A stretch of DNA of 64,000 nt from Octopus vulgaris. Taxonomy: Eukaryota. The position numbers and the translations under genes were made by a program. Below the pieces are notes generated by a model, which searched no databases, was not told where the DNA came from, and saw only the letters and a list, made by a program, of their open reading frames with translations. This document shows, in pieces, positions 38,933-54,818 of this stretch. The stretch lies in NCBI GenBank assembly GCA_951406725.2, contig OX597833.1:3348001-3412000 (forward strand), in the 5' to 3' direction. The first letter of the stretch is position 1, and every line of letters begins with the position of its first letter.

Positions 38933-39589
38933 GTCTATCTATCTAATTATGTGTGTGTGTATATGTATGTATGTATATATGTATATATATATGTGTGTGT
39001 GTGTGTGTATATATATGTATATACATATATATATATATATACATATGTGTAATATATATATATATATATGATATAAATATATACATATATGCATAATACA
39101 TATATATACATATATATATATATATATAAATACATACATATATACATAATACACACACACACACACACATATATATATACACACACATACAACGCACATA
39201 CACCCAACACCTTGCACACTCCTTTACACACTCATGCACTTGTGCCTTACTCATAATTAATGTGTTTACACATTCATCTCTCACATATTTCAGTGGTCAT
39301 TCATTAATCATGAGACAACCGTGATTTTTTTTATAGTGGTGGCCATGGTGGTGATGCTGCTGTTACTGCTGTTGCTCGTGGCAGTAGTGGTGGTCATGCT
39401 GCAGTTGGTGATAATGGTCTTGGTGACGGTAATGGTGGTGGTGGTGGTGGTGGTGGTGGTGGTGGCAGTGGTTTTTTTCATCATCGTCATGGTGAACGGA
39501 AATCATTATCTTTATCAACCCAGTCATCGTTACCATTAATCTTCATCATCATGTATCTGTGTGCAAGTATATATCTCTGTCCACATCTT

Positions 39590-39635
<46 letters not shown>

Positions 39636-39730
39636 CATATATAAACATATATATATACATACAAACACATACATATATATATGTATGTATATATTTGTAT
39701 ACATATAAATATATACATATATATATACAC

Positions 39731-39816
<86 letters not shown>

Positions 39817-40988
39817 TTGCACACATACATAGGTATATTTTGGTGTATAAACACTGTCTCATGCTAGTGACACGTAAAGGGCACCCAGTAGACTCTCACA
39901 CATTTCAGTGATATATATATAGATATATAACTGTGATATATGAGTGGTAGGTGTCAGGAAGGGCATCCAGCCATAGAAACCATGCCAAAAGAGATTGGGG
40001 GTAGTTCTCTGGCCTGCTAGTATATATATATATATTGTTGGCATCCTTTTTATCTCGGGAGACAATGGAGTTGCATATAAAATAATCTAGTCTGTATATA
40101 TATGTATGTATGCATATAGACATATATACATGTATATATATTTATACATACATATCATCATCATCATCGTTTAACGTCTGTTTTCCGCGCTAGCATGGGT
40201 TGGACGGTTCGACCGGGGTCTGGGAAGCCAGGAGGCTGCACCAGGCTCCAGTCTGGTCTGGCAGTGTTTCTACAGCTTGATGCCCTTCCTAATGCCAACC
40301 ACTCCATGAGTGTAGTGGGTGCTTTTAACGTGCCACCGGCACGGAAGCCAGCCAAGGCGGCGCTGGCAGTCACAGATATGTATATATATGCATGTATGTA
40401 TATCTATATATATAAATATATATGCCTATATATAGAGAGATATAGAAATAGATAGATAGCTAGACAGGCAGGCAAACAGACAGATAGATAGGGCAGGAGA
40501 GGGGCTGATACACACTCACACACACATGTACGTACATATATATACATATGCACATTTGTAGTTGTGTGTGTGTGTGGAGTATGTATACGGTCCTCGCAGC
40601 CTGTATCTCACCACAACACAGTAGCTTTACAACGAAACCTAGCAACACATAGGTATATCAAGAGCAAGAAGAGGGTCCACAATGCAGCTGGGTTGCGGTC
40701 GGAGAAAAGGGTGTCGAGGGACAAGGACCACGAGGCATGAGGGGTGGGTTAGGGGTAGAACTGAAGTGGAACTAAGCTTGACATCTCTGTAATTGCATCT
40801 CCCAAACACAAAGGCATTTGTATTTACTAGCGCTACATGTTATTGTGTGTTTCGTTATTTCACTATCGACGTCCAAGTAATTAACCGGCTTGATTAAGAT
40901 AACGAATGAACTAATCAGTTTCTTATACGCCTCGGGGGGTTTCAAATGTAACCAATTTCTATGTATACACAAAGCTGACACATGTACC

Positions 40989-41374
<386 letters not shown>

Positions 41375-41482
41375 CATATATAATTGTGTGTGCCTGTATG
41401 TAGTGTGTTCACATGTTTATGCATTTGTATGTGTGTATATGTTTAAGTATATATAGTTATGTATATTATATATGTACATATG

Positions 41483-41525
<43 letters not shown>

Positions 41526-41603
41526 ATATGTATGCAAATATACATATGTACATTTGTATGTACATGTGTGTATATGTGCATATAATATATATATATATAT
41601 ATA

Positions 41604-42000
41604 TGGAATGGAATGGAAGCACTCCGTCGGTTACGACGACGAGGGTTCCGGTTGATCCGAATCAACGGAACAGCCTGCTCGTGAAATTAACGTGTAAGTG
41701 GCTGAGCACTCCACAGACACGTGTACCCTTAACGTAGTTCTCGGGGATATTCAGCGTGACACAGAGTGTGACAAGGCCGGCCCCTTGAAATACAGGTACA
41801 ACAGAAACAGGAAGTAAGAGTGAGAGAAAGTTGTGGTGAAAGAGTACAGCAGGGATCACCACCACCCTCTGCCGGAGCCTTGTGGAGCTCTTTAGGTGTT
41901 TTCGCTCAATAAACACTCACAACGCCCGGTCTGGGAATCGAAACCGCGATCCTATGACCGCGAGTCCGCTGCCCTAACCACTGGGCCATTGCGCCTCCAC
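41604..42000 (-). mobile_element. tRNA-derived SINE family D, full length, (TTCCA)n tail
   Basis: A-box TGGCCCAGTGG, B-box-like GGTTTCGATTCCC; tail ...gtaaccgacggagtgcttccattccattcca. Confidence 0.9.
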
Positions 42001-42081
42001 TATATATATATACATACACTATATATACACATACATGCATGCATGAGTGTGTGTGTGTGTTTGTGTGTGTGTGTCTGTAAA

Positions 42082-42970
42082 CAGGGGGCGGTGAATAAAC
42101 TGTCGTCTAAATTATGCAAAAATGAAAATAACACTGACATCTCATTGTAACAGATATATTTACCAAAATTATATAAAAATATCTTGAAGTACAAAAGAGT
42201 AAATTTATTCAATAAAATCGCCATTGGCTTCAACCACGACCTCCAGGCGACTTTGGAAACTCCTGCAGCTCTTCTGGATGGGCCCCTTGTTTATGTTGGT
42301 GAATGCTGCCATAATCCTTGCCTTCAGTTCATCTTTGGTGCTACAAAGAGTTTTGTTGGTCTCTCGATCAACTACACCCCACACATAATAATCAAGGGGA
42401 TTGCAGTGTGGGGAGTTTGGGGGCCAGATGTCAGGGGTGATGAGGTTTCAGAAATTGTCTGACAGCCATGGTTGGGTTCTCCTGCTTGTGTGGTATGGTA
42501 CAGAGTCCTGTTACCAGACATAGGCTCTTCCAGTAGCCACCCTCTTGACCCAGGGCTGCATTTTGTCCTCCAAGCACTTGATGTAGACCTCCATGTTTTG
42601 TCTGAGGCCGTGTGAGACGATGAATGGAGGCATAATGTTGCCATCACTATAAATCACTCCAAACACCATGATATTGACTGGATGTTCGATTTTTATGACT
42701 CTCAGTACATGTTTTGGGGACACGGCAAGCCAATGGTTGTTCTGTGTGTTTATCACCTGTTCATACAAACCTTCCAGTGTGAATACCAAGCAGTACAGCA
42801 TACTATTTCCAAATTTCTGGCAGAGTGTATTGCATCATGGTGCTGTTTTTCTCACAAATGGTGCCCTGCTGACCCTACTATACTGTGTAGTCAACAAAAT
42901 CAAAAACAAAACAATGTGCATGCGTGAAATTAAAAATATAAAATGGCAACAGTTTACCCATCGCATCCTG
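42082..42970 (-). mobile_element. Tc1/mariner relic, DD37D (maT-like), internally deleted
   Basis: Imperfect TIRs cagggggcggtgaataaactgtcg / caggatgcgatgggtaaactgttg; [15 protein letters not shown]...MPPFI and IWPPNSPHCNPLDYYVWG; stops present. Confidence 0.85.
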
Positions 42971-43152
<182 letters not shown>

Positions 43153-43265
43153 GAAAGATTAAATTCTACCATTAGAAAATTACATATATTCATATTTTGT
43201 GAAATTTGATTTAGTATTTCTAAATTGAATTTTTCCCTGTAAGTTTGGAATAATATTCCCTCAAT

Positions 43266-43329
<64 letters not shown>

Positions 43330-43499
43330 GCACACACACACACGCATATGTATATATATGTTTGTATACATACATACAGTAACAGTTTGTTGTCAAAATT
43401 GTTAGAGCACTGGTTGGAATACATAATGGTTTGTGACCAGTCCTCTGCATTCCAGGTTCAAATCTGATTCAAATTAGGTTTACCTAACTACCTCCCAAG

Positions 43500-43760
43500 T
43501 GGAGGCACATGGCTTAGTGGTTAGGGGTGTTGCAGTTATGATTGTAAGATTATGGTTTCGATTCCTGGACCATGCGATGTGTTGCGTTCATGAGCAAGAT
43601 CCTTCAATTCATGTTGCTCCAGTCCACTCACCTGGCATGAATGAGTGGCCCTGCAACAGATCTCTGTCCCATCCAGGTGGGAAATATATACACAATAGAA
43701 ACTGGGAAACCAAGAAACTGGCCCTTATGAGCCAACATGAGTCAAGAAGGCAGCTTTGAC
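43500..43760 (+). mobile_element. SINE with C-type head and a further tail type
   Basis: TGGCTTAGTGG...TTTCGATTCC head; tail gaaactggcccttatgag shared with about 53680-53705. Confidence 0.75.
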
Positions 43761-44415
43761 CCTTTTTTTTTTAAACCCAAATTCAATGCAAAGAATACCA
43801 GTCAAAAACGATTATTTACCAGAATGTTAAAGAATCGGATGAAAAATCATGTGATATTCGTGTTTTCTGCATATATATACGCATACATAGGCTTGCAATT
43901 ACATATACATACATGCATATATAAACACACATACATAAATACATATATACGTATATCACATCCAAGCATACAAACACATACATATATACATACATAACAT
44001 ACATACAAGTATAGTATTCATACATGTATAACATACATACATATGCTCAAGTATGTGTATATACATATATATATATTTATGCACACACATACATATCATC
44101 ATCATCATCATCATCGTTTAGCGTCCGTTTTCCATGCTAGCATGGGTTGGACGGTTCTACTGGGGTCTGTGAAGCCAGAAGGCTTCATCAGGCCCAGTCA
44201 AATCTGGCAGTGTTTCTACGGCTGGATGCCCTTCCTAACGCCATATATATATATATATATATACAAACACATACATACATACATATACAAATATATATAC
44301 ATAGTCATACACAGATAGATACAAATATATACATTCATACATATACACATACATATAAGGATATACATATACATAACATACATGTATACATACATACATA
44401 ACACACATAGAAATG

Positions 44416-44447
<32 letters not shown>

Positions 44448-44759
44448 CACATAGATGATAAAAAAACACATACATATGTAATATAGAAACGTGTACATAT
44501 ATAACACATGCATTCATTCATACATACATAAAAGACAGAATTACAAACATACACACATAAACAAGTATATATATATATATATATATACAAATATACAGGA
44601 TACAGCCATAAATAGAAATGGACATACATACAAATCTACTGGTATACATCTATACAGCCATACATATATACAAACAAATATACATACATACAAACCTGCA
44701 GATATACAGCCATATATGTATATACAAGCAAATTATACATACAAATATATAGACATACA

Positions 44760-44955
44760 ACCATACATACATACACATACATACATACATACATACATAC
44801 ATACATGCATACATATATATACATGCATGCATACATACATACATATATACAAACATACATATATACATACATACATACATACATATATGCATACATACAT
44901 ACATATATGCATACATGCATTCATACATACATACATGCATACATACATACATACA

Positions 44956-44989
<34 letters not shown>

Positions 44990-45401
44990 CATACACACAT
45001 ACATACATATATGCATACATACATACATACATACATATATGCATACATACATACATACATACATATATACAAACATACATACACACATACATACACAAAT
45101 ACAGACATACATACATATATACATACATATATATGCATACATACATACATACATACATATATACATGCATGCATACATATATACATACATACATTCATAC
45201 ATACATGCATACATACATACATACATACACAAATACAGACATACATACATACATACATATATACATACATACATACATACATATATGCATACATACATAT
45301 ATACATGCATGCATACATATATACATACATACATACATACATACATATATGCATACATACATATATACATGCATGCATGCATACATACACACACACACAC
45401 A

Positions 45402-45435
<34 letters not shown>

Positions 45436-45639
45436 CATGCATGCATACATACACACACACATACATACATATATGCATACATACATACATACATACTTAT
45501 ATGCATACATACATACATATATACAAACATACATACATATATATATGCATACATACATACATACATACATATACATACATACATATATGCATACATACAT
45601 ACATACACACATACATACATACATATATACATACATACA

Positions 45640-45673
<34 letters not shown>

Positions 45674-45685
45674 CATACATGCATA
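44760..45685. repeat. (CATA)n, about 0.9 kb
   Basis: Direct inspection; similar block at 59650-59940. Confidence 0.95.
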
Positions 45686-46058
45686 CAATCAATAAACTAA
45701 TTTCGAATTCTTCCCAAAATCCTATCCCAGAAGGCACCATAAATAATATAACCCAAATTACACAGCTGAAATAGCTAACTTGATAAAAACCAGAGACAGT
45801 TTGGTACACGACAAACCTACAGGACACACACAACGCAAATATAATCAGTAGTTAGAATTGAAGCCAGGAATTAATGGGGAAAATAGCCTTTGGAAAGTAA
45901 TCGTATGGTATAAAGTGTAGGGAGTTTGTTTTGGAAATGAATAGTTGTGGTTTCCATTCCACTTTGGGCAAATGTTTGTCTTTCTGATGTCTTCGAGTCA
46001 ATCAATGTGTTTTGAAAGAAATTATTTGGTTGACAGAAACTGTAGAAAATCGATTTGT

Positions 46059-46094
<36 letters not shown>

Positions 46095-46262
46095 AAATAG
46101 ATAGATAGATAAATCGATAGATGGATAGATATGAAACCGGTTAGTTAAGTGTATTAATATTAATATAAATATATTTTCTTATACACTCTCAGTGTATTTT
46201 TCAACTTTATTTATTTATCTTATATAAATATGTGTGTGTGTGTGTGCATACATATGTACATA

Positions 46263-46335
<73 letters not shown>

Positions 46336-46337
<2 letters not shown>

Positions 46338-46535
46338 TGATAGATCATTAGCCACTACACACATATTTTCTCTCCATTTTTTTCTCTCCGTGTTTCTCTC
46401 CTTGTTATTTTCTGCGTCCCTTTCTGTAGAAGAGCGTAGACTCGAAACGTAAAAGACTTTTTCTATTCCTTAGCGTTATACTAATACATCTGTTTGTTTT
46501 GTACACCACCTGTCTTCTTTTGTTTTTTTCATAAA

Positions 46536-46540
<5 letters not shown>
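46336..46540 (+). mobile_element. Hammerhead-bearing short element, copy 3
   Basis: 46420-46455: CTTT-CTGTAGA-A-GAGC-GTAG-ACTC-GAAAC-GTA-AAAG (one stem II mismatch); (TA)n/(CT)n flanks. Confidence 0.7.
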
Positions 46541-46568
<28 letters not shown>

Positions 46569-46759
46569 GCACTCACGTGTTAGTAAATATTAACACTCAC
46601 ATGTTAGTAAATATTAATAAATTACAATATAAGCCATTTTACCAATCAGTTTCATACCAGAAGTTGAGATAACCCCAGCAATCATCAGAAAAAGATGGAA
46701 GAAACAGTATGATAAACAAGCGCAGCATCCTGCTCAATTCTTGTGGGACACTTTAACTA

Positions 46760-46988
46760 TTAACCCATTAGCCTTCAAACCAGCCATACCCAGCAAAATA
46801 TTCTACCTGTTTTATATTTAAGATAGCCGGATCTGGCCTTTGCCATCTACCCTATAATTTCATTCTAAAAATAATTTCATTCACATCATCAAAATCTCAA
46901 AGCTATGAGATAATGCATGATTAATTCAAAGCAATCTTAATAAATAAGCAATCCATTTGGCAGAGTAATCTGAATGTCAAAGGGTTAA
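46760..46988 (+). mobile_element. Second piggyBac-like MITE
   Basis: TTAA|CCCATTAGCCTTC ... GAATGTCAAAGGG|TTAA. Confidence 0.7.
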
Positions 46989-47584
46989 GGGATCTAGGTC
47001 AAAGGAGTTCTGGATCACTGGACTGGTTGCTTTTTTGGAGGCACAAGCACAGGCAAGGTCAGTTTTGGCCTGGTTTTCACAGCTGGATGCCCTTCCTAAC
47101 ACCAACCACTTCACAGAATGAACTGCTTGCTCTTTGCGTGGCACCAACACTGACAGGGTCACCAAGTAACTTTGCAAGACAAAGATCCTTTGTTAGGGGC
47201 TGGGCCATAGATCTGTTAAGTCAAGGGTCAAATCTGGGATAAACAACAATAAGAACAATAACAAAAAAACAAACCAACAACCTTGAGTTGACATGAAGCT
47301 ATATTAAAAGACCCTTGTTCTACATACCTCGCAATAGGATTGAACCTGAGATCTTGTGATTACAAAGTAAATGTCTTAAACATTTGACCATTCTATGATA
47401 TGTATAAAGAGTGTGTAATGCCAATGATAATGGCAATACCCCCCCTGGGCCAACAGTAATGATACAGCCATAGCAAGGACCATCACCACCACCACCACCA
47501 CCACCACCCACCACCCACCACCCACCACCGCCAACAACACCACAACCAATACCACTGCAACCATCTACAACACCAGTTTGAACC

Positions 47585-47790
47585 AAATAGCTTCTACATG
47601 GTCACTCAGTCAGCTAGAAATAGCAGTTAACTCACATCCTACCATCTTCAGTAAAGACAGTGTGATCCTAGACTCCCTGTCCACAAAGGAAAGGTTGAAT
47701 GGTCATGGCTGGAATGTCTTTAATCACACGTCTACTCAGTCAGGGTTGGACTGGCACTAAACAGCAACAACAACAACAGCAACAACAACA
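47585..47790 (+). mobile_element. Old SINE-like repeat with (CAA)n tail
   Basis: Related reverse copies at about 10930-11122 and 1085-1150 (ctagaaatagcag / ctgttatttctagc). Confidence 0.6.
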
Positions 47791-47869
47791 ATATACACTG
47801 CAGTATTACTAATTCTGCATTGCCTATCCCATCAAGTTCGAAGTTAGTCAATGTTTGCACACTTACGCA

Positions 47870-47932
47870 CACACACACACACACACTCACACACACACAA
47901 ACACACATGCACAAATACACACACACACAAAT

Positions 47933-48010
<78 letters not shown>

Positions 48011-48943
48011 CACACACAAAAACATACAAATACACACACACCCACAGACACAAACACACACACACACAATACACACACATACACACACACACATAAATAC
48101 ACACACACACTCAGAAATACACACCCTCACACATACACGCACACAAACAAGCACACACACACACAAATACGCACCCTCACACAAACACACGCAAATACAC
48201 ACCCTCACACATTCACACAAACACACAAACACATACAAGGACACACATACACACAAACACACACATGTACGTGCTCACACACTTAAGAACATCATAAATT
48301 CACATATTTGCATACATACAAGCACTCTCGCCTACATACATACGTACATACATACATATGTATATCGAGGCATACATACAAATACACAAATGCATATAAG
48401 CATATTGTTAGCTCACATATTCACACACACACACACACATATGCACTCATACACACACAAATACACACACACACACACACACACACACAAATATACACAC
48501 ACACACAAATATACACACACACACACAAATACACACACACATGCATACACATGCAAGCACACACATACATGTACATCCATGCATACATACAAATATTCAT
48601 ACACATGCAGAGTCACATCATAAATTTGTATATCCTCCACACACACGCATACACACACATGCATATAGACACACGCACACACGCATACAGACACACACAC
48701 ACGCAACCATACAGACACAGACACGTGAATACAGAACCACACACATGCACAAACACATTCACACACACACGCAAGCATACACACACACACACGCATACAC
48801 ACACACATACACAAACACACACTCACACACACATGCATACAGACACACACACACACAAGCATGCATACACACACATACACACATGCATATAGAACCACAT
48901 ACATGCACACACACATTCACACACACATTCACGCACACATACA

Positions 48944-48985
<42 letters not shown>

Positions 48986-49342
48986 GACATACCATTCACA
49001 TTTTCTTTTCCATTTCAGTCATAGCAACAAGTTTGATTATAGTTTTCGTTATCTTTCTAATTCATTATTATTATTATTATTATTATCATTATTTTTATTA
49101 TATTGTTATCAGTTGTAGTAGTAACAGCAGCAGCAGTTGCAGCAGTTATATCCCGATACTTTTCAATAGATTCACCATCATCATCATCATCATCACCTAT
49201 ATAATTGTTGTTGTTGTTGTTGTTAGTAGTAGTAGTAGTAGTAGTAGCAGCAGCAGCAGCAAAAGCAGTAGTTTTATTCCCACTTTTTCAATGGTTTTAT
49301 CATCATCGTCATCATCATCATCATCAGCAGCAGCAGCAGCAG

Positions 49343-49374
<32 letters not shown>

Positions 49375-49379
49375 ACATC

Positions 49380-49411
<32 letters not shown>

Positions 49412-49462
49412 CAACACCATCATCATCATCATCATCATCATCACCACCACATTCATCATCAC

Positions 49463-49546
<84 letters not shown>

Positions 49547-49690
49547 CACCACTACCACCACCATCACCATCATCATCGTCATCGTCATCGTCGTCAACAC
49601 CCTCACAATCATCACCACTACTACCACTATCACCACCGCTACCATCACCATCACCATCACCATCACCATTACCATCATCATCATCATCAC
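47870..49690. repeat. (CA)n and (CAT)n low-complexity blocks
   Basis: Direct inspection. Confidence 0.9.
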
Positions 49691-50185
49691 CATCTTTGGT
49701 ATTATCCTAGCGAAGGAATATTTGATTCAATATATATATATATATAAACCAACCAGAACATCATTGAACACACAGTAACAAGCTGCCGCTACAGGGCAGA
49801 GTTCTAGCAAAATCTCATTCCACTTATGTCTCTCCACACAAGAAAATATATATGTATGTATATACATATATAAATATACATATATGTGTGTGTGTGTGTG
49901 TGTGTATCTTTGGCCACCATTATGGTTTGCAATGATTCAGCAGATTTTAAGAGGACAAAAATATAGCAAAAACTACAGAAAATGAAGAGAAAAAAAATGA
50001 AGGATTGGTGAATTTATAGTGTAGGAGAATATTTGAGGGGGAAAAAATAAATGGAGGAAAAGATAAGATGTCTAAAAATGAGATTGTATGTAAGAAAGAA
50101 GAAGCTGTTGAAAGATTGGCTAGAGGGAGATCACCAAAATGTGGATAGGTGGATAGATGCAGTGTATACATGTTGACTGGATTGC

Positions 50186-50203
50186 TAGATAGATAGATAG
50201 ATT

Positions 50204-50248
<45 letters not shown>

Positions 50249-50259
50249 AGTGAGAGATT

Positions 50260-50292
<33 letters not shown>

Positions 50293-50336
50293 AGTGAGAG
50301 ATAGATAGATAGATAGATAGATAGATATATAGAGAG

Positions 50337-50395
<59 letters not shown>

Positions 50396-50458
50396 TAGAC
50401 AGACAGGCAGGCAGGTAGGTAGGCAGGCAGATAGATTGATTGATAGATAGATAGATAA

Positions 50459-50520
<62 letters not shown>

Positions 50521-50535
50521 GGATAGATAGACAGA
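50186..50535. repeat. (GATA)n
   Basis: Direct inspection; similar blocks at 38745-38945 and 58890-59120. Confidence 0.95.
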
Positions 50536-50575
50536 CAGATACAGTGTGTTGGTGTTGAATAGATAGATTGGTATA

Positions 50576-51609
50576 CGAGGTCTGGTCAAACGTATTAGGA
50601 CTGTTGCTATGGTAATGGAACTAAAGTACACAGGGTGAAACTGGTCAGCACAGATTGACCTTCAGTTCTGCCACACATCCACACTAAGTTATAAGGTCCT
50701 CGTCCACTTCCATTGTTTATAGAAGTGTTTGGAAGTAAAGTGTGGAGAATATAATCATTTCTAGAAGGAAACTGGCTTCCAGGTGTGCAGGTCATCTCTT
50801 TGATTGTGTCAAGGAAGATGGAAACATTTTTTCAAAACGGTCATAACAGATGAGGAATTGTGGGTCTGTGGGTATGACCCCAAAACCAAGGTTCAGTTTT
50901 CCCAGTGGAAGAACCCCAGCAAGAGTTCAAGATGTTGAGTAAATCCAAGACAATGCAACAGGGCTCATTATCCCAAGAAATGAAGTTCCAGGAATGCTTC
51001 CATCAATGAAAACAACGCTGGATAAATGTGTGTGGTTTCAGAAAGTGAATTGAAGGAGGTTAACCCTGTTACTGTATCTATTTTGAGATGCTCTGTTTTT
51101 CTCTCAATTACTTTAAATATAACAAAGAATTTAGTAAAATAACTTCGTTATTGTTAAGCTAGTGTAAGGAACATAAATTGTGACTAAGGTTTGGTGGAAG
51201 ATTTTAATTCAAAACTTATGGAAGTAAGACATTTGTACTCAGAGCCTGAGGCAGTTTCAGCCAGGTTGCTGTCAAAAGGGTTAAGAATTGTTTCTCTATT
51301 ATATATATTTTAAACCTTTCATTACCATATTTCTGTTGAGATGCTCTGTGTTTCTTTCAATTAATTTTAAATATAACAAAGAATTTAGTAAAATAACTTA
51401 GTTATCATTAAGCTAGTGTTAGGAGCATAAATTGTGACTAAGGTTTGGTGGAAGATTTTAATTCAGAACTTATGAAAACAAGACATTTGTACTCAGAGCC
51501 AGAGGTGGTTTTAGCCAGGTTGGTATCAAAAGGGTTAAATGCCAAATTAACATGCGTTATAGTTCTCTTTTGATAGCATCAGATACAATACTATTTTGAT
51601 CAGACCTCG
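50576..51609 (+). mobile_element. Mariner relic with both TIRs and TA TSD, interrupted by a piggyBac-like MITE dimer
   Basis: TA|CGAGGTCTGGTCAA ... TTGATCAGACCTCG|TA; VITDEELWVCGYDPKTKVQFSQWK and FQECFHQ*KQRWxxCV remnants. Confidence 0.85.
51060..51538 (+). mobile_element. piggyBac-like MITE tandem dimer
   Basis: TTAA|CCCT...AAAGGG|TTAA units at 51060-51284 and 51310-51538. Confidence 0.8.
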
Positions 51610-51639
51610 TAGCGTGTCGATTCTGGTTGGGTTGACATG

Positions 51640-52030
51640 TACGGTTTGTAGTTGTTGACTGGACAGATAGACCGAGTGCATAGATATTGACCGTAAGATA
51701 TAGATACAGTTCGCAGATATTGACTGTGTGTATTGATATAGTATGTAGGTGTTGGCTGGATAGGTACACACAGCCTGTGGATGTCGACTGGGAAGAGAGA
51801 CACAATGCATAGATGTTGACTCATCCTCATCATTTAACATCCTCCTTCCATGTTGTCATGGGTTGGACAGTTTGACGGGAGCCACCCAGACAGAAGACTG
51901 CACCAGGTTTCAGTGTCTGTTTTGGCAAAATATAGTGTGTAGATATTGACTGGAAAGGTAGACACTGTGTGTAGGTGTTAACTAGACAGGGAGACACATA
52001 ATGTAGATTTTGAAGGAACAAACATAGTGT
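51640..52030. repeat. Degenerate ~28-30 bp minisatellite (tgactggatagatagacacagtgtgtagat-like)
   Basis: Related units at about 50530-50570, 54150-54270 and 59150-59245. Confidence 0.6.
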
Positions 52031-52588
52031 ATACATACATACATACATACATACATACCTGTGTGGTAGGAAGCTTGCTTCCGAACCACATTGTTCTGGG
52101 TTCAGTCTCACTGCATGGCACCTTGGACAAGTGTCTTCTACTATAGCTTCAGGCCAACCAAAGCCTTGGGAATGGATTTGGTACCCGGAAACTGAAAGAA
52201 GCCTGTCTATGTAAATATATATACACAACTTATAAACAAGGGCAAAAAGAAAATTATTTCTATGCCAATATGCTGATAACAAACTTTTAAATCGTCAATT
52301 TCCATATATTATGTTATACCCAGTACAGAAATACGTTGTGCTGAAATCGAGGAAAGCTAGCCAACAGAATTCCTTTAAAAATTCGTTATTTCTATATTGA
52401 CTCAATTTCGGAATTAATCTCAAAATAGATTTTTTCCTCATCAGTAGAAAATACGAATAGAAATAAATATATATATATATCTGGCAGTCAGGGGAAAGAT
52501 GCACTTATATATCTGTCAGTAGAGGGGGTATATTATCTGATATACGAGTGCATCTTGCCCCTGACTTATGGTCTCTTAGACAACTCAT

Positions 52589-52647
<59 letters not shown>

Positions 52648-53237
52648 ATGTCCTTCTGTCTGTGTTTTGTCCCCCATCAGCACTTGACAACTGGCTTTGG
52701 TGTGTTTATATCCCCATAACTTAGCAGTTTGGCAAAAGAGACTGATAGAATAAACAGAGGGCTTTAAAAAAATAAGTATTGGCATTGATTTCTTCAACTA
52801 AAATTCTTCAAGATAGTGCTCCAGCATGGCAACAACCTCATAACTAGGACCAGTAAAAAGCCATATATCCTCACACACACACACACTATGGAGACAGAAA
52901 CTTGATACCCCTAATGTGAAACTGTTTACTGGTCAAATAAAAATATTTCAGCTTGACCAATGTAAAGCACCAATGCAATAAATACTTCGTTGGTAGACTG
53001 GTCAATGGCTAAACTATCACAAAATACCTTGTGGTGTTTAGTTACAGCATGGGGTCACATGGCTTAATGGTTAAAGTGATGGGCTCGTGATCATGAGATT
53101 GTAGTTTCAACTCTTGGACTGGGTGAATGCTTTGTATTACTGAGCAAAATATTTCATTCCTTGTGGCCCCAGTCCACTCAGCTGGCAGAAACGAATAATT
53201 CTACAACGGTCCAGCATCTCACCTAGGGAGGAACATA

Positions 53238-53656
53238 CCTATTTCTTTACTACCCACAAGGGGCTAAACACAGAGGGAACAAACAAGGACAGATAAATGG
53301 ATTAAGTCGATTACGTCAACCCCAGTGCGTAACTGGTACTTAGTTTATCAATCCCGAAAGGATGAAAGGCAAAGTCGACTTCGGCGGAATTTGAACTCAG
53401 AACATAGCAGCAGATGAAATACCTATTTCTTTACTACCCACAATGGGCTAAACACAGAGGGGACAAACAAGGACAGACAAACGGATTAAGTCGATTATAT
53501 CGATCCCAGTGCGTAACTGGTACTTATTTAATCGATCCCAAAAGAATGAAAGGCAAAGTCGACCTCGGCAGAATTTGAACTCAGAACGTAATGGCAGACA
53601 AAATACCGCTAAGCATTTCGCCTGGCATGCTAATGTTTCTGCCAGCTCGCCGCCTT
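53238..53656 (-). mobile_element. SINE-B dimer nested in another SINE (53050-53720)
   Basis: Imperfect TSD gggaggaac(a/g)ta at 53226-53237 and 53661-53672; junction at about 53420. Confidence 0.85.
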
Positions 53657-54765
53657 AATGGGGAGGAACGTATATGCCAGAGAAACCAGCAAATGGCCTT
53701 ATGCTCCTTACAGAGAGTTGTGGACTAACCATTTACTTGTACATGGCATTCTGGTTTCAAATCCCACTGTAATCAACTCTTTCATTCGTCCTGGGTCGTT
53801 GAAATATAGTACCAACCAAGTATGGGTGTTTATAATCTCATAATGCATATATTTTAAATGTGAATGGTTTCATAGCATAATAGGAGAGTGAAGAAGCATC
53901 GGACATTCAATGATGCATCAGCTCTGCAGCCGACAAATCTTATCTTCTTGCATTGATGTCATTATGTATGGAGACACACATACAACGGCCATCTTTGTTT
54001 GCAATGATTCAGCAAATTTGAAAAGAGACAGAAATAAAATAAAAAATATAATGGCAGGAAAGGATTTGAGAGTTGGAAATTGAAGAGAAGAATAGAAATG
54101 GAAAAAGAAAAAATTGATAGATGAATCGTATGAAGACAATGAGAGATTGTTGAGAAACAAGACACAGTGGGCTGATGTCATGCTGAACAGACAGAGTACG
54201 TAGATGCTGTTTTGTGTGGCCTTCTTATGCAGTGTGTGAGATGCTGACAGTTGGGGAGACAAGATGTAATGTGTGGATTATTAATTAAATGTTATCGTTG
54301 TGGTTGAGAGGTTTGCTTCCCGAACATGCGGATCCAGGTTCAATCCCACTGTGTGGCACTTTGGACGAACATTTTCGTACTATAGCAATAGGCCAACAAA
54401 AATCTTGTGAGTGGATTTGGTAGAAGGAAACTGAAAGAAGCCCGTTTTGTGGCCTAGTGGTTAGCTTGTTGCACTCATGATCGCTAGGTTGTGGGTTCCA
54501 TTTCCAGACTGAATGGCACATTGTATCCTTTATGGCACAGATAGAATGGCACATTGCTCCAGTCCACTCAACGGTAAATGGCTAACACTCTGATGGAATA
54601 ACCATCTTATTGGGGTGAATGTTGGACTGACCACCTGGCCAGTGAGGTGGCATCACCAGGAAGCTAAAACAATGTGAACTGCATTGTGATTAATGATGTA
54701 TAACAATATCCGATAGTCTGGACGATCATGTGATCATGTGATATATGTGTGTGTATGTATGTGTG

Positions 54766-54816
<51 letters not shown>

Positions 54817-54818
<2 letters not shown>

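Noticed and set aside
44491-45774. 427-aa ORF and the other YI/HT/CV-repeat ORFs
   Set aside because: (CATA)n, (TA)n and (CA)n artefacts.
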